Shown in pieces: positions 1 to 12,340 of a stretch of 64,000 nt of DNA (its first letter is position 1; each line of letters starts with the position of its first letter). A program made the position numbers and the translations under genes. Below the pieces are notes generated by a model. The model was not told the DNA's origin. It did not search any database and was given only the letters and a program-made list of their open reading frames with translations. The DNA lies in NCBI RefSeq assembly GCF_006345805.1, contig NC_042998.1:51336001-51400000 (forward strand). Direction: 5' to 3'. This stretch comes from Octopus sinensis. Its lineage: Eukaryota.

Positions 1-338
1 TCAAATAATAATGAGGTCAACTTTGCCTTTCATCCTTTTGCTGGCCTTGTGCCAAAATTCGAGAGAAATATTTGAGTATCTTAAGGCAACAGGCTGGCAG
101 AATTCTTACCATGCTAGAAAAAATTGCTTAGCAGCATTTCTTCCAAATTTGTATTCTGAGTTCAAATACTAATGAAGTCAAATTTGCCTTTAATCATTTT
201 GCTGACCTTGTGCCAAAATTTGTAACCAATATTTGAGTGTCTTGCTTCGACTATCATTAATGCTTTTGACAAATATAACACAGGATAACTATCTTGTGAA
301 AGTATCCCTCACATGGTCTTTTCATCAGGATTATTTAA

Positions 339-558
339 CCCTTTAGCATTCAGGTTACCCTGTCAAATGTGATGCTTACTTATTCACATTGTTTTGAATT
401 AATCATGCATTATCTTGTAGCTTTGAGACTGATATGATAGTTTATTTTTTAGAATAACATAGTAGCATAGGGGTGAGAGGTTATATAGATATAGCCAGTT
501 AGAATATAAGACAGGTAGAATATTTAGGCCAAACATAGCCAGTTTGAATACCATAGGG
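339..558. mobile_element. piggyBac-type MITE
   Basis: TTAA|CCCTTTAGCATTC...GAATACCATAGGG|TTAA. Same family as 49182-49403. Confidence 0.7.
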
Positions 559-1061
559 TTAAGATAAGTTTTTTTCACATCATCATAAATCTGGATCACT
601 GGCTTCTGTTGCTGGACTGTCTGTGAAATCAGAATATGACATTTACAGTATTACCAGTGGTGATATGCTAACTGAATAATGATCAATAAATCTTCATTAG
701 AAATTAACAAGCTTGGGGAACAATTCTAATTGCTTATCATTATTTGGCAGTATCATTCAAAATACTTGCTATTAAATAATGATCTGGTGATAGCCTTATC
801 TTTGTTAGTCTATATGTAAGATAAAAAGACAAAGAAAAAAAAGATAAATCATCAGTTTCTAATATCTAGCTCTATTGATCACCGAAGCATGATTAATCCA
901 GCTGTTTTATTATGAACTTGTCGATATTGATATGGAGATTTTCAGCAGTTTTAGCAAATATGTATATGCATACAAATACATGCACATATGAATGCATGTG
1001 TATGCATGCACGTGCATGTGCACATTCACACACACGTGCACATGCACATGTGCACACACAC

Positions 1062-1189
<128 letters not shown>

Positions 1190-1562
1190 GCATGTATGTA
1201 TATATGTATGTATGTCTTTTTGATAAACAATAACAATATCAATTCAGTTTCCAGCATTTTCAGTTGTTCTCTGAAACATGGAAGGAAGGTATATCCTTCT
1301 AAGAAAACATGTTGGTACATTTATCATAGTAATTTCTCTTGCTTCATAACACATTTCTACCTGATAATGCACTTCCTTTAAGCCTTTGAATCTAATCTTG
1401 CAAAATAATTTATGCCAGAAAGGAAACAAAGTAATCGATTCAGCATTTGGAGTTGGATAAGAGAGACCTTCTTCTGCCTTTTGCACAACCACTGCAGATG
1501 AGATCCAATCACTTTCTCTGAGAGAACTTTTTAAAAGATCTTCATAAATTGGGTTTCCTCAG

Positions 1563-2601
1563 CTTTGTCACTAATATATATTTTTTAACAAGCTCACTGA
1601 CTAATCACAACACCAGTGCCTGTTCTGGCATTATTTTTCTATATGTTGCTGGTGAGGAGCTGAGTCACTGCTATTTCCAGTAGTCAAGTATCCATCATTG
1701 ACATGAGCAAGGAACAACAAATCTGGTGGTCTTGGTGGTGGAAATGGTGGGGATATATATTCCTGCTAGAGATATAAACAAGATTGCATTTTGCATCAAA
1801 AGCCAATATCAAGAGTTTCTCTCATGATAACTACAGCAGTATAGTTTGTTCCAACAGAACATTCATGTTTAAATGGGGATACATATTATCTCTTGGTATA
1901 AATACTGCTTCTGTTGCTCATAGATATATTTTAACAAACTCACTGGCTAATTGCAACACAAGCGCCTGTTCTGACACTGTTTTTCTATAAATTACTGGTA
2001 AAGAGATGAGTCACTACTATCTCTAGCGACAGAGCATCCATCATTGATGAAAACAAAGAAGGTTGAAATCATGTGATCTGGTGGTCTCAGTACTGGAAAT
2101 GACAGGGATTTATCTCCCCACTAGCAATATAAATAAGAGGAAATTTCACACCAAAAGCCAATATCAGAATTTCTCTCATGGTATCTACTGAGTATAGTTT
2201 GTTTTAACCGAACGTCTGATGTGTAAGTGAGGATTAATATTATCTCTCGGTAACACCGAAAACACCATCCGAGCGTGGCCATCTGCCAGCCTCGTCTGGC
2301 ACCTGTGTCGGTGGCACATAAAAAACACCATCCGAGCGTGGCCGTCTGCCAGCCTCGTCTGGCACCTGTGTCGGTGGCACATAAAAAAACACCATCCGAG
2401 CGTGACCGTCTGCCAGCCTCGTCTGGCACCTGTGTCGGTGGCACATAAAATCACCCACTACACTCTCGGAGTGGTTGGCGTTAGGAAGGGCATCCAGCTG
2501 TAGAAACACTACCAGATCTGACTGGCCTGGTGCAGCCTTCGGGCTTGCCAGACCCCAGTTGAACCTCCAACCCATGCTAGCATGGAAAGCGGACGTTAAA
2601 C

Positions 2602-2635
<34 letters not shown>

Positions 2636-3010
2636 AATACGGCCTCTGTCACTAATATATTTTTTAACAAGTTCATTGGTTAATTGCAACACCAGTGTCT
2701 GTTCTGGCACTGTTTTTCTATATATTACTGGTGGAGAGATGAGTCACTGCTATCTCTAGCAGTTGAGGGTCCATCATTGATAAAAACCAAGGAAGATCAA
2801 AATCATGTGATCTGGTGGTCTTGATGCTGGAGATGGCAGAGATTTATTTCCCCTCAAGGGATATAAATAAAAGTGCATTTTGCACCAAAAGCCAATTTGA
2901 GATTTTCTCTCATGGTAATTACGCAGCATAGTGTGGATGTTATAACAGAATGTGAATGTTCTAAGAAAACATCACTGTTTAAGTGGGGATAAATATTACT
3001 GTTGATATAT
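1563..3010. repeat. Diverged tandem triplication, ~350-bp unit, interrupted by an RTE-tail insertion
   Basis: Anchor TGTTCTG(G/A)CA at 1621, 1967 and 2700. Shared blocks 'gagtcact', 'ccatcattga' and 'caaaagccaat' in all three units. Confidence 0.8.
2252..2632 (+). mobile_element. RTE-family 3' tail with three ~60-bp internal tandem units and a (GAT)n end
   Basis: AACACCATCCGAGCGTG...GGCACAT occurs three times, then GGCGTTAGGAAGGGCATCCAGC...CCCATGCTAGCATGG, ending in (GAT)n. Confidence 0.75.
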
Positions 3011-3774
3011 AAAGGTTTAATGTGTAACAGCAATGGTCTTGCTTCATAATAACATGGAATGATGCATACACATTCTTTAAGAAGAATGTTACTTATAAAG
3101 CCTCTTAATCTTCCAAATTGGGTAGGAACTTAAATTTCATGAATTTTATGTCAATCACATCCATGCCAAGTGAACCATTTTCTTTTATTTTTCTACATTC
3201 ACCCATAATAACATCCTGCATAGAATTTTCCCAGATTTTCTATGCTTCATTCACCAAATAATTTTCATTTGAAATCACACTTCCTTAATTTTGATTTATT
3301 CAATTCCTTCAGAAATAATGAAGTATTTATAATGACCTTACTGTAGTGTTAATTTGCATTTTAAAGTTAGCATCAGTGAGTTTTTACATTATTGTGTTGT
3401 GAATTTTTGGCCAATTTCATAAACACTTGCAGATTCTTTCTTTTTAATTTCTTCCACAACACTGCCCACCCACCCCACCCTTTCTTTTTAATTATAGATT
3501 TACATACTGCTTTAAAGTGGTTCATTTTTATCACTCTTACCAAATACCAAATACCAGATATTTTGATGGAGTATACTTCAACCTTGGAGTGGCAGTTATC
3601 AAATTTATGCTTTTTCTATCAACATGAAACAGTGATATTATGATGATCATTCTTACTTTCTATTTTCTTTCCTTTGTTTGACATGGCATTTATTTTTAAA
3701 GGAGAAAGCATTCATTTCAATGCATTGATGCTTTGGGCTTATGCTTTCTAGACATGATTCATATATCCATATAT

Positions 3775-4090
3775 TCATACATACATACATACATACATAC
3801 ATACATACATACATACATACCTACATACATACATACATACATACATACATACATACATACTACATACATACATACAACATACATACATACATACATACAT
3901 ACTACATACATACATACATACATACATACATACATACATACATACATACATACATACATCATACATACATACATACATACATACATACATACATACATAC
4001 ATACTACATACATACATACATACATACATACATACATCATACATACATACATACATACATACATACATACATACATACATACATACACAC
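3775..4090. repeat. (ATAC)n microsatellite; complementary (ATGT)n at 4312-4440
   Basis: Direct reading. Explains the HTYI/MYVC ORFs. Confidence 0.95.
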
Positions 4091-4440
4091 ATGTGAGATT
4101 TTTATGTGAATATCTGCACACGTTTCGGTATATGCATCGATAGTTCAACCAACACACCAACTCAACTACATATTCACAAACACCAGGAAAACTCTTAACT
4201 CAAAAAGTCTTGTTGGTTTGTTAGCAACCGGCTTGAACTCTCTCAAGAAGAACTTAGATTAAACTCAAAGAAAAATCATGCTTATATTGCATCAGCATCA
4301 TCATGATATGATTGTATGTATGTATGTATGTATGTATGTATGTATGTATGTATGTATGTATGTATATATATGTATGTATGTATGTATTTATATGTATATA
4401 TGTTTATATGTATGCATGCATGCATGCATGTATGTATACA

Positions 4441-4865
4441 AGGTGCAAGAGTGGCTGTGTGGTAAGTAGCAGGAGTGGCTTGCTTAAAAACCACATGGTT
4501 CCGGGTTCAGTCCCACTGCGTGGCACCTTGGGCAAGTGTCTTCTACTATAGCCTCAGGCCGACCAAAGCCTTGTGAGTGGATTTGGTAGACGGAAACAGA
4601 AAGAAGCCCGTCATATATATGCATATGTGTGTGTGTGTGTGTGAGTGTGTGCGTGTGTGTTTGTGTGTCTGTGTTTGTCCCCCCAACATCACTTGACAAC
4701 CGATGCTGGTGTGTTTACATCCCTGTAACTTAGTGGTTTGGCAAAAGAGACTGATAGAATAAGTACTAGGTGTACAAAGAATAAGTCCTGGGGTCAATAT
4801 GCTCGACTAAAGGTGGTGCTCCAGCATGGCCACAGTCAAATGACTGAAACAAGTAAAAGAGGGTA
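4441..4865 (+). mobile_element. tRNA-derived SINE family A (CORE-like box, internal TG/TA microsatellite)
   Basis: A box TGGCTGTGTGG, B box-like GGTTCAGTCCC, GGCACCTTGGGCAAGT, tail ...CAGTCAAATGACTGAAACAAGTAAAAGA. Other full or partial copies at approx. 8320-8825(+), 13360-13750(+), 13945-14355(-), 18425-19100(-), 19900-20235(+), 23080-23230(-), 37240-37545, 39360-39555(+), 46810-46950(-), 54570-54935(+), 56970-57315(+). Confidence 0.85.
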
Positions 4866-5099
4866 ATGAGTATATATAAATGAATCATTGATTTCTGTTT
4901 TTAATAATTTAAAATCTTCCTCTGAAGAAGGAGATGGTTTCTAACAAAGATACAAAACTCTGTCATTGGAATATAGACAATGAAAACAATGTCACATTTT
5001 AAACTTAAGAAAAGTCTTGCATATTTTTGCTGTTCCACTTACAAATTGTATTTGTAATGCGTGAATTAATTGGTTGATTTTGGTTGATTTCTTTTTCTA

Positions 5100-5545
5100 A
5101 AAACCTTAGGCCTTTACTCACAAACCCAAGTACACCATTTATTATTGGTATAAATGTGAAATTATAATCTGAATATAGAAACTCGAGTTTTCAAAGTAGC
5201 TGACCGTAGTTATCTTCTTTCTCTTTGATTTTCAAAGAGATAGTCACTTCAGCAGAACAACTGACCTCCATGGCGATACGTACTTTTTCTCGTCTGTCCC
5301 AAACAACAATATCCGGCCTATTATGTTTACATGCGGCAGATATTTTGATAGGAATGTTCCAACGGTATTCTTTGTGTATGTATTCAATAACAGGAGGATT
5401 CTCTGTATTTACTCCAGGATGTAAGGGCATTGTATACTGCTTTGCGACAATGTAATTTTGCTGAGGGAGGTGGTACCTTGATGACATTTTTGGGCAGCTG
5501 CTAATCACAAGTATGATGCTTTTTACAGAAACATGACATAATCTA
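5100..5545 (-). mobile_element. Non-LTR retrotransposon fragment, restriction-like endonuclease domain (R4/Dong-type)
   Basis: ISSCPKMS...HNRPDIVVWDRREKVRIAMEVSC...KEKEDNYGQL contains the PD-(D/E)..KxxxY RLE motif. Confidence 0.75.
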
Positions 5546-6987
5546 TATGTATGTATGTCATTATTCAGTTTTATTTCAAGATTTCTAGCCAATAGAGAAA
5601 GAGCTTGTTTCTAACTTAGATCCAAGGCTCCTTCATAGGAATTTCAACAACAGGGTACTTTGTATGCATGCATGTATATGTGCAGATTTGTATGTTTTGT
5701 TTTATGTATGTCTTCTTATGCATATATTTGCACATCTAGGCATGCTCATATAAGCTTAAATGACAAACTTTTGGAAAATTTCACAGATTCTTACAGTTCC
5801 AATAATGTATGTATTCATGTATATATGTATGTATGTATGGATGGATGGATGGATGGATGGATGAATGGATGGATGGATGGATGGATGGAAGGAAGGATGG
5901 ATGGACGGACGGACGGAAATGAAATGAACATAGCAACATTTGGTTTGATGGAAATTTGGCTGTCATTTTTAGCAGGTTGAATTACCACATAGATGTTCCC
6001 TCTATGGCTCATCACTCTTTAAATTCCAAGCTATCTCAATTCTTCTTAATATTTCTTTAGTTTTCTAGTTTCTGTTTTTGTTTTGCTTTCTGTGATGACT
6101 TCTTTGAAAACACCAAGTCTGTTCTTTGTTTTTTTTTTTAATTTTTTTCATTTTTGTCTGTTTATACTTTCATAATCTTGCTTTAATGATTTCATAATTT
6201 TCTAATTATAGTTATTTTTCTCTTTCCACCCAACTTTCTCTTTTTCTAATTCCGTTTTTTTTTTTTTTTTTTGCTAAGCCAAAAATAACTCTTCTCTATC
6301 ATTTTCTATTTTTTATTTATTTTATTCATTTATCTGTTTTTATTATTATTTTTTTTTTTTGTAGTTTACCAAATTACATTGTTTTGTCTTCCTAGTCACT
6401 TGATTTCGTTTTTTGATTATCATAAAATTATAACTTAATCCAGAGGAGATCTAAAGTGGTAATGTCTATAGAGTTTATTTCGGGTTATCTTTTCTTTCTT
6501 TTTTATGCTCCCCAAAGGTGGATATAAAAATCACAATTGATTTATTTGATTTCCTTTGATTTTTGAAAATTTCGTTGGTAGTTTTTTGTTTGTTTCACTT
6601 TTATACTTTTTGTTTTTATTTAGTGTCTACTTTTATGGACATCAGCTTCTCGAATAGAAAGAACAAATATAAAATAACTACTGTACAGTAAGTTACTGCT
6701 GAGTGATGTTAGTGTTATAATTGTTGTTGTCTTTGTCCTTGTACAGCTCAGGTCAAATCCTGATTGAGTAGACCTGTCATTAAAGACATTCCAAATAATG
6801 ACCATCACATTTTTCATTTCTTTTTGTTTTCAGACAATGTCTAGGACACTTCTACCCAATACATCTTTCAATTTCTTTTATAATGGTAAAGTGTGATTTG
6901 ATGGTTCCCTGTTGGCGTTTTCTGTAAGTTTTGTTGCTTTTGTTCTAGTACAGCTCAGGTCAAATCCTAACTGAGTAGAGCTGTCAT

Positions 6988-7186
6988 TAAATCTTAAGCA
7001 TTTAAACCAGCTATATCCGGTCAAGATAATCTCCCTGTTTTATCTTTAAACTGACCAGATCTGGCCTCTCACACTTACCCTACAATTCTAAAATCAGACA
7101 ACTGCATCATTGAAATCTCAAAGTTACAAGGTAATGCATGACAAATTCAAATCAATGTGATTAAATAATCATTATTAAAGGGTTAA
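6988..7186. mobile_element. Decayed copy of the same piggyBac-type MITE, inserted into the second copy of a locally duplicated repeat (6730-7350)
   Basis: Internal similarity to 49182-49403; ends AAAGGGTTAA. Splits 'ctgtcattaa|agacattccaaa', which is contiguous at 6774-6795. Confidence 0.6.
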
Positions 7187-7554
7187 AGACATTCCAAACA
7201 TGACCATCATATCTTTCACTTCTTTTTTTCTGTAGACAATGTCTAGGACTATGTCATCCAATAAATCCTTCAATCTTTTCTTTTTCTTTTTCTTTTTGTA
7301 ATTGCTATTTCTAGCAGGTTGAGCAACCATTAACAGCTCCCCTGTTGGCATGTTCCATCATTGTTTGATTCTCATTTGTAGCAGTTTCACTTTACAAATA
7401 AATAATGTAGGCCAGGGGACCCCAGCCACCAGGTTGCAGACTTGTACCAGGCCATAGCTCATTTGGAACCAGGCCACAGAGAAAGAATAAATCTTTTAAT
7501 TTTATTTCTATTTTATTGACAATCAGTCTTCAGGGTGTTTTCAGATTATATAGG

Positions 7555-7927
7555 TATTATGGACACATAAGAGGTGCAGCAATATCAAAGGAAAGCTAAC
7601 TAGGAAGATAGTTTTTGTATGTGGCAGATGCTCGGGAGCAATAAACACTGAAAATGTGCAGAGAACAACTTCCGCCTCATTCCAGGGAGAAAAACTAGAA
7701 GTAGTTGATAGCTTCTGTTACCTATGTGACCAAGTCAGTAGCAGGGGAGGGTGCACTGAAAGTGTAGCTGCTAGAATAAGAATAGCCTGGGCAAGGTTCA
7801 GAGAGCTCTTACCTCTGCTGGTGACAAAGGGCCTCTCGCTCAGAGTAAAAGGTAGACTGTATGACACATGTGTATGAACAGCCATGCTACATGACAGTGA
7901 AACATAGGCCATGACTGCTGAGGACAT
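7555..7927 (+). mobile_element. RTE-clade LINE fragment (end of RT/thumb region)
   Basis: GEKLEVVDSFCYLCDQVSSRGGCTESVAARIRIAWARFRELLPLL...KGRLYDTCV, with downstream stops. Confidence 0.85.
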
Positions 7928-9089
7928 TTTTCATCTTCTATCTTTTATTTGTTGCAGTCATTGAACTATGGCTATGGTTCAATGACTGAAAGATAAAAAA
8001 TAAAAGATATACACACACAGATACACACATATATATACATACTTGCACACACAAAAGGCTTCCACACTCATTCCATCTATCAAATTCACTCACAAGGCAT
8101 TGGTCAGTCTAGCCCTATAGCAAAAAAAAAAACATTTGCCAAGGTTCATTGAGACTGAACCCAAAACCACATGGTTGCAAGCAAACTTTTTAACCAGACA
8201 GCCATTTCTTTGTCCCTACAAGCCTTATCCAATTCACCACTCTTCTTCTCCTCATTACTTTTATTGTATCTCTTCTTCTAAGTCCGTACTAAATATTTTA
8301 CTCAATCCTTTCTATCTGTAGGTGCAGGCATGGCTGTGTGACAAGAAGTTTTCTTCCCAACCACATGGTTTTAGGTTCAGTCCCACTGTGTGGCACCTTG
8401 GGCAAGTGTCTTCTACTGTAGCCTCATGCTAACCAAAGCCTTGTGAGTGGATTTGATAGATGAAAGCTGAAAGAATCCCACCATGTGTGTGTGTATGTGT
8501 GTGTGTGCATGTGTGTGTGTATGTATGTATGTATGTATGTATGCATATATATGTGTGTGTATGTACGTGTATGGGCGGGTGTATGTATATATCTATGTGT
8601 GTGTCTTTGTGTCTATGTTTACCCTTCACCACTGTTTAACAACCAGTGTTGGTGTGTTTAGATCCCCGTAACTTAGCAGTTCAACAAAGTGACTGATAGA
8701 ATAAGTTCTAGGCTTAAAAGAAAATAGTAAATCCTTGGATCAATTTGTTAGACTAAAAATCCTTCAAGGCAGTGCTCCAGCATGGCCATGGTCTAATGAC
8801 TTAAACAGCGAAATGATAAAAGATCTAGAAGATTTATCCTCCTTAAATCTCTTACCATTCATATCTTTCTTATTTACATTAATTTACAGCTGTTAACACA
8901 GAACATCAGTCGCATTGATCTCACCAGTTCCATGGTGACAGTGGTGGTGCTTCTACTACTGCTGCTGCTGCTGGGAGCCATAAAAAAAAATCATCCACTG
9001 ACTAATTAATTTTTAAAAACTACTTTTGTTATAATTATTTATTTTATTGCCCTTCACACACACACATATATGCACACACACAAAGATAC

Positions 9090-9090
9090 A

Positions 9091-9123
<33 letters not shown>

Positions 9124-9345
9124 TAGTGGTAGTAGTGGTAGTAGTGGTGGTGGTGGTGATGGTGGTGGCGGTGGTCGTCATCGTCGTCGTGGTCGTCATC
9201 GTCGTCGTGGTCGTCATCGTCGTCATCATGGTCGTTGTCGTTGTGATCGTCATCATTGTCATCGTTGTTGTTGTTGTTGTGGTTGTGGTGGTGGTGGTGG
9301 TGGTGAGAGGAAAAAGAAGAAAAGCAGCAGCAGCAGCAAAAGCAG
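9090..9345. repeat. Compound trinucleotide microsatellite (TAG/TGG/TCG/TTG/CAG)
   Basis: Direct reading. Explains the homopolymer ORFs. Confidence 0.9.
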
Positions 9346-9815
9346 AATTTAGTGTTGCTGTTTAATTCCCAGTTCAACTGTCATTGAACAGATCTCCATT
9401 AACCATTCTGTCTTTTCTTATCTGCAAGAGAATTCAAGGCCAGATTACCTTTTTAAGAAAACTGGGTGTGATTTGAGAGAGATGTAGCTACTATTTCTAG
9501 CAGGTTGAATGACTACATAGAGGCTCCTCACAATGGATTGTTGATGAAGGTGACAGTGGTAGTATTAGTATTAAATAGAAGATAATATTAGTTTGGGTCT
9601 AATAGAAATGCTTTTAGCAGTACCAATTCTACTGCTGGTAGAAGATAACACTTCTGAGGTGCAAACAGGAGTGATTTTTTGTTTTTTTAAAGTTATATCG
9701 AAAAGTAATTGATAACAGCAATACAAGTAGCAGCAATAATATTCAGATCTGGGATGGCAGCTCATTAAGATACCAAAAAAGTGGGACAGGAACAATAGAC
9801 ATACAATAATATTTG

Positions 9816-10863
9816 AATTATGCAACTGGAGCAGCTAGCTCTATAGCAAAAGCTTTATCAATATAATATACTTAATGTTTGTGTATCATTGAACAGCCAG
9901 AAGCTGTGGTTTTGCTTCCAGGGAAAAATCCCTTTATAGATGTATTGTGTTAAAAAAAACTCACAATATACTTCAAAGCTAGATGAAACAAAATTGCCCC
10001 AGATGTGACCACAAGAGCAACAGATACGTATTTTACCATTATGGCTTATCAGTGTCACATACTCATGTCACTTCTGTAATGAGATTAAATCAATTAGTCT
10101 AAAGTATATACAAACAGTGTATAAAGTATACACTGATTTGAAAAAGTACAAGATAAGCAGAACAAAATTCAAATTATGCAATAGAAGCAGTTCTGTAGCA
10201 AAAATTTTATCAATATAACATACTTCATGTATGGGTGTCATTTAACATCTAGAAACTGCAATTTTCCATCTTGGAAAAATCTCTTTATTGACATATTGTG
10301 TTAAAAGACACATTTTATTCCAGTGCTAGGGGAAATAAATTCAGCCCAGAACTGACTACAAGAATGACAGATATGTATTTCACTGTAGTTGCAGCTTGTC
10401 AGTGTCATGTACTGGTGTCACTTTTGAAACAAGTTTGAATCAGCCAGTCTTGAATATATATAAAGAGATTAATGTATAAACTACACACTGATTTGAAAAA
10501 GGTGCTGCATAAATAGAATAAAATTCAAATTATGCAATTGAAGCAGTTCTGTAGTCAAATTTTTATCAATGTAGCATACTTAACATATGTTTATACACTA
10601 ATCTCTATAGCTTCAGACTGGCTGATTCAATCTTTTCAGTAGTGATACCAGTATATGACTTTGACAAGCCACAATAACAGTGAAATATATTATCTGTCGC
10701 TTCTACAGTCACTTCTAAGGTGATTTCACTTCACCTAGCTCTGAAGTATATTGTGTTTTTTCTCACACAATATGTCTATAAAGGGATTTTTTCCTGAATG
10801 AAAACACCACAGCTTCTGGCATTTCAATGACACACATATATTAACTATATTATATTGATAAAG
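9816..10863. repeat. 356-bp diverged tandem repeat (two full units plus a partial) followed by an inverted copy
   Basis: AATTATGCAA at 9816, 10172 and 10528. About 10604-10863 is the reverse complement of a unit (AGACTGGCTGATTCAA vs TTGAATCAGCCAGTCT; TATTATATTGATAAAG vs CTTTATCAATATAATA). Confidence 0.8.
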
Positions 10864-12241
10864 TATACACCATATACAATAACCACATCCGAACAAATGC
10901 CTTGTTTACTATATCAACGCTCATAAAGTCTTGTAGAGAAATAAACTGGAAACTAGGAATGTTACCTTAAGGCACAAAAATCTCTAGATTAATGTTATGG
11001 TCTTAAATCTTTAAAGTTATTATAATCCAGCTTGTTTACCGGATTTGTGAGTCAGAATAAAAAGGATTTATGGATTTATTATTAAAAGTGTTTATGATTA
11101 TGTTGTTACATGGAAATGTTGTTTGACAAGATACAGAAATGTGTTATTGCATCTAATCTATTATTGCATCTTGTATGTTATTACATTCTGTCAGTCAATA
11201 TCTTCCGAGTGATTAGAAAGTTTACTGATATCTTAGAAATAAAAATGAATCAATAAATTTTATTGTTGCTGTTGTAGTTGTCATTTAGTCTCAAGTCAAC
11301 TTTGATCAGGCAAATTTATAACTGAAAGCCTTCTAGCCATGACCACCAAGTTCTTTTTTTTATATATATATCAGGGACTTCATGGTTCAGAGCAGGGTGT
11401 GATTTGAAGGAGATTTGGCTGCCTTTCTTGCCAGTTGAGTGATTATGTGGAAGTTCCCTCATTGACTCAATGATTATTTCAGTTCATAAACAGAGTATTT
11501 TTTCTTTTGCTTCTCATCAAAAGATGTTATAAGCAGAATTACAGAACATAATCACTATGATATTTAACTCATGATCATAAGGTTGTGAGTTCGATTCCTG
11601 GCTGTGTGTTGTGCCTTTGAGCAAGACACTTTAGTTCACATTGCTCCAGTCCACTCAGCTGGCAAAAATGAGTTGTGTCTGCAATTCAAAGGGTCAGCCT
11701 TGTCATATTCTGTGTCACATGGGATTTCTCTGAGAACTAAGTTAAAGGTACATGTGTCTATGGAGTTCTCAGTCACTTGCACATTAATTTCACAAGCAGG
11801 CTGTTCTGTTATCAGATCAATTGGAACCCTCGTTATCGTTACTCACAGAGTGCCAATTTTTTTGTTTATTTTTATAAACTTACATGTATTTCATGGTTTA
11901 GTTATGAGTATGCTTATAAGCAATTGTTACTGTTGGTACTACATGAGAGTTAGCCTTCATCAACAATCCTTTGGCATGCACATAATTGGTTAAATGATGA
12001 GACATGACCCGCAAATCCCTTCTCCCTGTTAAACCAGATTTCTGCCTAACTGGAAAACATACTGTACAGTCTAGAGTATAGTGGTATATGATATGAGATG
12101 CTGTGTGACAGTCCAGATATACTTCTCTCCCTCTCTCTCTTTCTTACCCACCTCAACTGCCCAGTCTATTTCTGTACCTGCTTAAACTAGTGGTAATCAT
12201 ATTGAATGCAAGCAAGCTAGTCACAATCAAAACATTTCAAA

Positions 12242-12340
12242 TATTGTTCCTCTGTACCTACAATTAGTAGTGTAGATTCCTACACAGTATCAAACTGTGT
12301 AGGAATCTACACTACTAACTGTAGGTACAGAGGAACAATA
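12242..12340. repeat. Near-perfect hairpin (47-bp arms, 5-nt loop, 1 mismatch)
   Basis: TATTGTTCCTCTGTACCTACAATTAGTAGTGTAGATTCCTACACAGT-ATCAA-ACTGTGTAGGAATCTACACTACTAACTGTAGGTACAGAGGAACAATA. Confidence 0.9.

Noticed and set aside
2255-2450. Regularly spaced ~60-bp repeats (also 17230-17590) resembling a CRISPR array
   Set aside because: No unique spacers, no cas genes, and a eukaryotic context. The units belong to an RTE 3' tail.
3733-4551. ORFs made of HTYI/MYVC repeats
   Set aside because: Translations of tetranucleotide microsatellites.
9044-9377. Poly-Ser/Gly/His/Val/Thr ORFs (also 24288-24767 and 42373-42676)
   Set aside because: Trinucleotide microsatellites open in several frames, with no splice or homology support.
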